Shown: in pieces, positions 1 to 4,631 of the stretch
How positions within the stretch are numbered: the stretch's first letter is position 1
How the letters are laid out: each line of letters begins with the position of its first letter
Notes under the pieces: model-generated
What the model was told of the DNA's origin: nothing
Databases searched by the model: none
Seen by the model: only the letters and a program-made list of their open reading frames with translations
Translations under genes and position numbers: made by a program
Source: a virus
UHGV virus genome: UHGV-0038887
Length of the DNA stretch: 4,631 bases
Strand: one strand, 5' to 3'

Positions 1-62
1 TCGTTGTTAATGAGCACGACAATCATGACCGCCAACGACTGGATTCTTCCTTGGTTTATACT

Positions 63-90
63 GGTGCGCATAATGTAAAGTTATGTCAAA
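63..90 (+). other. dif-like Xer recombination site, left prophage junction (attL-like)
   Basis: GGTGCGCATAA-TGTAAAG-TTATGTCAAAA. The 11-nt XerC arm is identical to E. coli dif (GGTGCGCATAA, from memory). The spacer is 7 nt (TGTAAAG) instead of TGTATA, and the XerD-like arm matches TTATGTTAAAT at 9 of 11 when shifted by 1 nt (ungapped 20 of 28 overall). Confidence 0.75.
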
Positions 91-107
91 AGGTGCCAGA
101 TTTGCGA

Positions 108-227
108 TTATAAACGGATACCGCCACGCATTGAGCGGGCTTTAAAGTTCTTCTTATGCGACTTCGCATACTTGCGGAACGAACGGCGGGAAGAACGCTT
201 AGACATACGTCTACGGGAACGAGCCAT
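108..227 (-). CDS. VP8: Small basic DNA-binding protein (VP8/ORF8-like, analogous to phiX174 J), 39 aa
   Basis: Hand translation of the reverse complement of 108-227 gives MARSRRRMSKRSSRRSFRKYAKSHKKNFKARSMRGGIRL then TAA; 17 of 39 residues are Arg or Lys. GGAGG lies 5 nt upstream of the ATG and overlaps the VP2 stop codon. Not in the supplied ORF track, presumably below its length cutoff. Confidence 0.75.
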   Translation of the reverse strand: MARSRRRMSKRSSRRSFRKYAKSHKKNFKARSMRGGIRL

Positions 228-229
228 AA

Positions 230-1000
230 TTACCTCCGATAATTGTTAATCAACTGCTGCTGGAACTGTGAAGGGGGGAAGCGTCCCCCCTTGTTTACTT
301 TCTTCGCCGAATTAGCCTCATGGTCACGCTTATAAGAACTAAGCCAAGTATTAAGCCCGCCGATAAGACCGCCAGAAGAAGCATCCATATTGACACGTGC
401 ACTTTCAGCTCCAACAGGTGTATTCAAATAATCAGCCAGAACCTTGTCCTGAACAGTCTGATATTGAGTTCTAATCCGCTGTGCAGAGCTAAGGCCTGTC
501 TGTGCTTCGATATTAGCTCTCCGACTTGCCTCGGTCAAAATCTGCTGATTGGTCAGATTAGACTGTGTTTTCATGTTCTCAACGTTCTGGAGAGCGGCAG
601 CAGCCTGTGCATCCTTAAGACGTACATCAGCCGCACTATTCGCAATCTGGTTACGCTGCAAAGCAATCTGTGACTCAATACCTTCCTTAGCAACCTGTTG
701 CTGTTGACGCTTCGTTAAGGCATCAAATGCAGCAACGGCAGAACTGACGGCACCAGAAAAATCAGCAGGCTGGGCAGCCTGAATACCTGACGAACTGACG
801 GAACCAAGACCACCGGAACCTGTAACGGCCAGAATCGGGTTAAGGCCAGCTTTCCGTAAATCCTGAACACGATACTGGATACCATTTTTGGCCAAATCCA
901 TCGTAATCTTATTGGCACGGTCAGCCGAAGATTTCGCGGAATGGGCACCAAGAAGAGCAGAACCAATAGCGCCAGCAGCGCCAGCAATTGCACTCCACAT
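230..1000 (-). CDS. VP2: Minor capsid / DNA pilot protein VP2
   Basis: 256-aa ORF directly downstream of the capsid gene. Gly/Ala-rich N-terminus (AIAGAAGAIGSALLGA), a Gln-rich central segment, and an RKAGLNP motif typical of gokushovirus VP2 as I recall it. AGGTGA Shine-Dalgarno 4-5 nt before the ATG. Confidence 0.85.
   Translation of the reverse strand: MWSAIAGAAGAIGSALLGAHSAKSSADRANKITMDLAKNGIQYRVQDLRKAGLNPILAVTGSGGLGSVSSSGIQAAQPADFSGAVSSAVAAFDALTKRQQQQVAKEGIESQIALQRNQIANSAADVRLKDAQAAAALQNVENMKTQSNLTNQQILTEASRRANIEAQTGLSSAQRIRTQYQTVQDKVLADYLNTPVGAESARVNMDASSGGLIGGLNTWLSSYKRDHEANSAKKVNKGGRFPPSQFQQQLINNYRR
271..292. repeat. GC-rich inverted repeat (AAGGGGGGA / TCCCCCCTT, 4-nt loop AGCG) inside the 3' end of VP2
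   Basis: Direct reading: 271-279 is the reverse complement of 284-292, giving a 9-bp stem with a G6/C6 core. It encodes the GGRFPPS segment of VP2, about 45 nt upstream of the VP8 start. Function unknown. Confidence 0.5.
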
Positions 1001-1013
1001 AATTTCACCTCAT

Positions 1014-1036
1014 AAAAAAAGGCCTCCGAAGAGGCC
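1014..1036 (-). terminator. Intrinsic-terminator-like hairpin between VP1 and VP2
   Basis: On the minus-strand transcript: GGCCUC-UUCG-GAGGCC (6-bp GC-rich stem, UUCG tetraloop; plus 1021-1036) followed immediately by U7 (plus A7 at 1014-1020). It sits 15 nt after the VP1 stop and just upstream of the VP2 ribosome-binding site. Confidence 0.6.
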
Positions 1037-1050
1037 AAATGACGAAACGA

Positions 1051-2763
1051 TTAAAAATGGTCAATAAGACCTGGTACAGAGTATACAGGCATGGGCCGCA
1101 CACACTTCAAGTCAAAGAACGCATCCATAATGAACTGGGGTTCGTCCTGTACAGCAAGAACGCGTTTCATCGGTGGATTCTCTTCAATGAATTCCTGATT
1201 CAGTGCAGGAAGAGAGTCGAACCGCTGGGCTAAATGCCACACATCGAGAGATTGCGGGTCTGTGGAACGTAATTTACCAGTAATCTGAGATGGTCGGTAG
1301 CGGTACTCTGCATAACGTTCCTGATAACCAAAAACTTCCTCATCCTTCTCGTTACCTTGTGCATAAATCTCCTTGTTAAAAACAGCCTGTTCGCCCAGAT
1401 GGGCCAGTGCAGGCCAGTAAAAATCAAAACGAGTCAGACGGGAAAACATACGCGGAATACCTTGCTGATAGGTCAAGTCGGCACGAACGCTGACAAGACC
1501 AATCACAAAACAATGCTCAACGAAGGAATGAGAGAAACCACGGTTTACACCTCCTGCAACGCCATAAGCGGCTAAGTTACCCTGTGGGGTGGAGTCGGTA
1601 GTAGCGGAGTTCTGGAGAACGGGGTTCACATTAATATCAAACGTACCAGAACCAAGATACTCGGGACGCTGTACACGGGCATCCGGCGAAATAACGCCAA
1701 AATGGGAGCGGATAATCTCAATATAACGAGTACCACCGCGAGCATCACGCTCAAGCAGCCGCTGAAGCTGGAACGCCTGACGAAGCGAATTGATTGTCAG
1801 ATTATCAACAACCTCACCGCCAGACTGCTTCAACTTAACGGGCGGATTTCTTTCATCAAATCCGGCAACCGCATAAGACAACGCACCTTCATCACCAATA
1901 GTAACAGGTGGAAACTTCCAATTACCTACACGATCCGTAGATAAATACATTTGAGAAGCCCCAATGTCATCATATGCAGAATTGGGCTGCGTACCCATAA
2001 CCAATTTATAGGGGTCGGAAAGACCAACAGAACCATTACCAGAAAAACCATAAGTCTTAAAGCCTAAACCACCTGGATAGCTGGGATATTCCAGACTGTA
2101 AGACGGTGGAACGCCAAGAGCAATCTCAACGCCTTCACCTTTCTGAGGCCATGGAAGGGCACTGGTGAAATAATCATGACGTTTTGCACGCTTACGCAAC
2201 GGAAAATTTGCAAGACCTGTTTCCGTCTCATCACCAAGCGGAAGCGGGGCGGAATTAATCAGGTTTTCATCACGATACCATTCGTTATAAATCAGGTTGT
2301 ACGCGCGAAACGGCAGAGCGCTCACACTGATACCTTCAATACCTGTGGGAACGCCAAAATAATCGGCAAGGGAACCTACAGGGAAACCGCCAGAAGGGGC
2401 TTTAATCTGCGGGATAAGATAATCCGTCGAATCACCAGGATTCTTCTGCTCACCGTTGAACTGTTGCCAGTGGTCCCAGACAAGACGATAGGGCACGGAA
2501 AAATACTGGATATCCAGGCGAAGGTTATCCATAAAAGGCACCACTGGCGTGGAGAGACGCGCCAGAATGGACGTCTTCAGATGGAACGTATCACCTGGTA
2601 AAGCCTCATCCAGAAACACGGGAATTAAATAACCTGCATCAAAAGAAGTTTTATAACCGGAACTGCGGTTAAAAACCGAACGCTGAATGTTGGCACTCGG
2701 GATAACTGAAAAATTATGCTGACTTTTTGAATTACTGGGCACTTTGCGACCAAATTTACTCAT
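1051..2763 (-). CDS. VP1: Major capsid protein VP1 (gokushovirus F-like)
   Basis: 570-aa ORF whose length and N-terminal region (…MDNLRLDIQYFSVPYRLVWDHWQQF…) match my recollection of gokushovirus VP1. Strong Shine-Dalgarno (GAGGGGGG) 3 nt before the ATG. Confidence 0.95.
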   Translation of the reverse strand: MSKFGRKVPSNSKSQHNFSVIPSANIQRSVFNRSSGYKTSFDAGYLIPVFLDEALPGDTFHLKTSILARLSTPVVPFMDNLRLDIQYFSVPYRLVWDHWQQFNGEQKNPGDSTDYLIPQIKAPSGGFPVGSLADYFGVPTGIEGISVSALPFRAYNLIYNEWYRDENLINSAPLPLGDETETGLANFPLRKRAKRHDYFTSALPWPQKGEGVEIALGVPPSYSLEYPSYPGGLGFKTYGFSGNGSVGLSDPYKLVMGTQPNSAYDDIGASQMYLSTDRVGNWKFPPVTIGDEGALSYAVAGFDERNPPVKLKQSGGEVVDNLTINSLRQAFQLQRLLERDARGGTRYIEIIRSHFGVISPDARVQRPEYLGSGTFDINVNPVLQNSATTDSTPQGNLAAYGVAGGVNRGFSHSFVEHCFVIGLVSVRADLTYQQGIPRMFSRLTRFDFYWPALAHLGEQAVFNKEIYAQGNEKDEEVFGYQERYAEYRYRPSQITGKLRSTDPQSLDVWHLAQRFDSLPALNQEFIEENPPMKRVLAVQDEPQFIMDAFFDLKCVRPMPVYSVPGLIDHF

Positions 2764-2813
2764 AAACCCCCCTCGGGAATCTGACTAAATTATAAACAAA
2801 CCACTGTATAAAC

Positions 2814-2900
2814 TGACACCTTTTTACAGGCTTCGTGGGAGCCGCCTGTAAGTTTCGGTGTCACCTGGCACAGTTACATCAAGTAGGACACTGTGCCAGG
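2814..2900. repeat. Tandem stem-loop module in the VP3-VP1 intergenic region
   Basis: Perfect 11-bp inverted repeat CCTGGCACAGT (2864-2874) / ACTGTGCCAGG (2890-2900) around a 15-nt loop. Immediately adjacent is an interrupted hairpin: TGACACC (2814-2820) pairs with GGTGTCA (2857-2863), and TTACAGG (2824-2830) pairs with CCTGTAA (2845-2851), around a 14-nt loop. No U-run follows on the coding strand. Confidence 0.6.
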
Positions 2901-2908
2901 CTGCAGGG

Positions 2909-3421
2909 TCAGGAGCCGTCTGCAGGTTTCGCGGGTTCAACACCCGCATCTGCTGAATTATTCACATCAGCACCGGAACGCTCCCGCGGGGACGCCGGAG
3001 CAGGACTCGACTCGCGAACGCTGACGCGTTCGGTCGCCGACTCCTCTCCGCCGCTCAATAATCCAAGCTCACGCGCTTTACTCCAGTTCTGCGGGTCACT
3101 CATCCACTCAACGTACTGCTTAACGTTGTTACCAAACATCGAGCGAATCGTGGACGGCAGGCTGTTAAAGTCGTCGTTAACGTCGTCAATTAAAGCCATT
3201 GCGTCCACATAATCAGTAATCGCAGAGGCATCGTAAAATTCACCACGCTGAGCACTGGTAAACACTGTCGTATCTCCCGTTCTTATCGCACGCTCAACAA
3301 TCTTGTTAACATCGCACTCATCGCGGAAATGCTGCTGGGTCATCGTAGGCTCTGTAAACTCGATGCCGGGCGACGGCGGCGGGTTATAACGGGTATGAAA
3401 CTTAGGCTTCGATGTACGCAT
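2909..3421 (-). CDS. VP3: Putative internal scaffolding protein (VP3-like); start uncertain
   Basis: ORF between VP5 and VP1 with an acidic, Ser/Pro-rich low-complexity C-terminus. The track ORF runs to 3511 (200 aa), but that first ATG has no Shine-Dalgarno and would overlap VP5 by 110 nt. The ATG at 3421 (MRTSKPKF…, 170 aa) has GGAG about 10 nt upstream and overlaps the VP5 stop by 20 nt. Assignment is by position and composition, not a recognised motif. Confidence 0.6.
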   Translation of the reverse strand: MRTSKPKFHTRYNPPPSPGIEFTEPTMTQQHFRDECDVNKIVERAIRTGDTTVFTSAQRGEFYDASAITDYVDAMALIDDVNDDFNSLPSTIRSMFGNNVKQYVEWMSDPQNWSKARELGLLSGGEESATERVSVRESSPAPASPRERSGADVNNSADAGVEPAKPADGS

Positions 3422-3671
3422 CTTCCATTTTCTCCAGGAACGCCGGACTGGCATCACAAACATAAACGCGGTCAATATCGACCGGAACCAGCTGCTGGTC
3501 CACAAAGTCATAAGCAGTCACACGGTGCAACGAAAAATCAACACGCTGCATACGATTACAGAACGCGTGCAGATTGCCTTTCGCAATACCATCATGCTGG
3601 GCCATAAACATAAAAACATCAGCATTAATCAGCTTGTCATGAATTACATAAACTGCATCAGAGTGAGCCAT
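3402..3671 (-). CDS. VP5: VP5-like small protein (proposed role in DNA synthesis/packaging, by analogy to phiX174 C)
   Basis: 89-aa ORF immediately downstream of VP4, with its start overlapping the VP4 stop by 14 nt and AGGAAG upstream of the ATG. Size and position match gokushovirus VP5. Confidence 0.7.
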   Translation of the reverse strand: MAHSDAVYVIHDKLINADVFMFMAQHDGIAKGNLHAFCNRMQRVDFSLHRVTAYDFVDQQLVPVDIDRVYVCDASPAFLEKMEDAYIEA

Positions 3672-4521
3672 CTTCTAACTTCCTCATCATTCGCTGGAAT
3701 TTAACCAGATTAAACTTATCCATATCCTGTAAGCGCCACGGGTCCAGTATATTTGCATTCAACTGGCGACACTCTTTATTCTGCTGCAACTTTTCCAAAT
3801 CACAGCCTGATAATAACTTGTCATAATAGCGGGGCGGTTTTATCTGACGACCACCACGACCAATACACGCATCTGAATTAACTATGTCATCGTAATATTC
3901 CATAAAAAAATCATAACCAATACCGGGTCTGTTACTCATGGCAGAAAACTCGGGGATACGGTCTCCGTAATGCTCCGAAGCACGGGAACCGGTGACTTTT
4001 TTAACACAGTATCGCGCCACGTAAGCAGCCGACTCAAAACTAAAAGCAGCAACAACAGACCAGCCAAAAGTCCAACATCTCTCAAGAAGCGAAGACCTAT
4101 ATAAATTAAATCTTCCAGCCTTGTGTAATGTCTTATCCGGAAAATCATAACCAAAAATAATCGCATGATAATGCGGTCGTTCTAATTTAGAACCATATTC
4201 ACCACAACCAAAAAATCGAATTGAAATATCATCAACAGCCAAAGACTTACGCAAACGCTTCATAAAATCAGTGAAATGTTTACGTACAAGAGAACCATTT
4301 TCAGGCAAATTCTCAGGGGAATAAGTCAGAGTGATAAAACAATTGTAATCATGCATGTGGGCTTCATGAACGCAACGGGTAGCCCAGTCACGAGAATGAG
4401 CAAGACGGCAACCGATGCACTGACCGCAGGGCAACTGGATGAATTTAGCGCCACGTGACGGCGTGAAAAAAATCTTTCCCGATGGCATCTGGTACGCGTT
4501 TAAAGGACGAGTACAAGCCAT
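3658..4521 (-). CDS. VP4: Replication initiation protein VP4 (HUH rolling-circle endonuclease)
   Basis: Rolling-circle Rep motifs: motif 1 CFITLTY, motif 2 HYHAIIFG (HUH), motif 3 YVARYCVKK with YxxxY catalytic tyrosines; also an N-terminal CGQCIGC cluster. Preferred start is the ATG at 4521 (MACTRPLNAY…, 287 aa), which has GGAGGTG 6 nt upstream. The track ORF start at 4563 (301 aa) has no Shine-Dalgarno and lies inside the dif XerC arm. Confidence 0.92.
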   Translation of the reverse strand: MACTRPLNAYQMPSGKIFFTPSRGAKFIQLPCGQCIGCRLAHSRDWATRCVHEAHMHDYNCFITLTYSPENLPENGSLVRKHFTDFMKRLRKSLAVDDISIRFFGCGEYGSKLERPHYHAIIFGYDFPDKTLHKAGRFNLYRSSLLERCWTFGWSVVAAFSFESAAYVARYCVKKVTGSRASEHYGDRIPEFSAMSNRPGIGYDFFMEYYDDIVNSDACIGRGGRQIKPPRYYDKLLSGCDLEKLQQNKECRQLNANILDPWRLQDMDKFNLVKFQRMMRKLEDGSL

Positions 4522-4554
4522 GACACACCTCCAGAAATCAAGGAGGCACCTCTT

Positions 4555-4582
4555 AGTGCGCATAATGTATATTATGTTAAAT
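4555..4582 (+). other. dif site (XerC/XerD), right prophage junction (attR-like)
   Basis: AGTGCGCATAA-TGTATA-TTATGTTAAAT matches E. coli dif (GGTGCGCATAATGTATATTATGTTAAAT, from memory) at 27 of 28 positions. The only mismatch is position 1 of the XerC arm. Same orientation as the left site. Confidence 0.85.
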
Positions 4583-4631
4583 CATGTCTGAGTGATGCGA
4601 AGTGCTTTTCTGGTAGTCGTTATTCGTTCAG

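Larger units (their letters stand above)
63..4582 (-). mobile_element. Integrated gokushovirus-like (Microviridae) prophage, bounded by two direct dif-type Xer sites
   Basis: Full gokushovirus gene set on one strand (VP4, VP5, VP3-like, VP1, VP2, VP8) lies between two directly repeated dif-like 28-mers at 63-90 and 4555-4582. There is no separate spike, external scaffold or lysis gene, which fits Gokushovirinae rather than phiX-like microviruses. Flanks 1-62 and 4583-4631 do not match the opposite prophage ends, so this is not a tandem copy or a linearised circle. Confidence 0.85.

Noticed and set aside
74-107. TTGACA hexamer (minus strand, plus 85-90) in the phage side of the left att site as a -35 element for VP4 in the circular form
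   Set aside because: No acceptable -10 hexamer follows at 16-18 nt in the reconstructed circular junction, so a promoter call is not supported by sequence alone.
320-673. 117-aa plus-strand ORF, and the other plus-strand ORFs at 1039-1233, 1357-1575, 1702-1944, 2176-2601, 2835-3212, 3329-3607 and 4276-4458
   Set aside because: All are antisense to well-supported phage genes on the minus strand, lack Shine-Dalgarno sequences, and give low-complexity or unrecognisable products. Gokushovirus genomes are transcribed from one strand.
715-1038. 107-aa minus-strand ORF overlapping the VP2 N-terminus, with hydrophobic segment VQLLALLALLVLLFLV
   Set aside because: Its start is a TTG inside the terminator hairpin with no Shine-Dalgarno, and the hydrophobic run is the frame-shifted reading of the Gly/Ala-rich VP2 N-terminus. 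Noted only as a remote lysis candidate.
1230-1427. 65-aa minus-strand ORF inside VP1 in an alternate frame
   Set aside because: Fully embedded in the capsid gene with no ribosome-binding site or recognisable features; most likely a chance ORF.
2909-3511. VP3-like ORF starting at the first ATG (200 aa)
   Set aside because: No Shine-Dalgarno, and it would overlap VP5 by 110 nt. The ATG at 3421 has an upstream GGAG and a modest 20-nt overlap. The start remains uncertain.
3658-4563. VP4 starting at the first in-frame ATG (301 aa)
   Set aside because: That ATG has no Shine-Dalgarno and lies within the dif XerC arm. The ATG at 4521 has GGAGGTG at ideal spacing, so the longer form is probably an ORF-calling artifact, though not excluded.
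1-4631. Interpreting the window as a linearised free circular phage genome, or as tandem prophage copies
   Set aside because: Two direct dif-type sites with asymmetric arm composition, plus flanks that match neither each other nor the opposite prophage ends, fit a single integrated copy. The flanks are too short to identify the host locus.

Overview
The window appears to be a complete, integrated gokushovirus-like (Microviridae) prophage of about 4.5 kb, flanked by two direct dif-type Xer recombination sites (63-90 and 4555-4582), with roughly 50-60 bp of presumed host DNA on each side. All six phage genes read on the minus strand, in the order (high to low coordinate) VP4 replication initiator, VP5, putative VP3 scaffold, VP1 major capsid, VP2 DNA pilot, and a 39-aa arginine-rich VP8 that the ORF track missed. 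The right site matches the E. coli dif sequence as I recall it at 27 of 28 positions; the left site keeps a perfect XerC arm but has a divergent spacer and XerD arm. That asymmetry is what XerC-mediated integration of a phage attP into host dif would leave, and it points to an enterobacterial host. Dif-integrated gokushovirus prophages have been described in Enterobacteria, so this is a member of a recently recognised class rather than a wholly new system. Unexplained structure remains in two intergenic regions (a tandem stem-loop module between VP3 and VP1, and a terminator-like hairpin between VP1 and VP2), and no lysis gene is evident. All calls rest on reading the sequence and on recalled family features; no database search was run.
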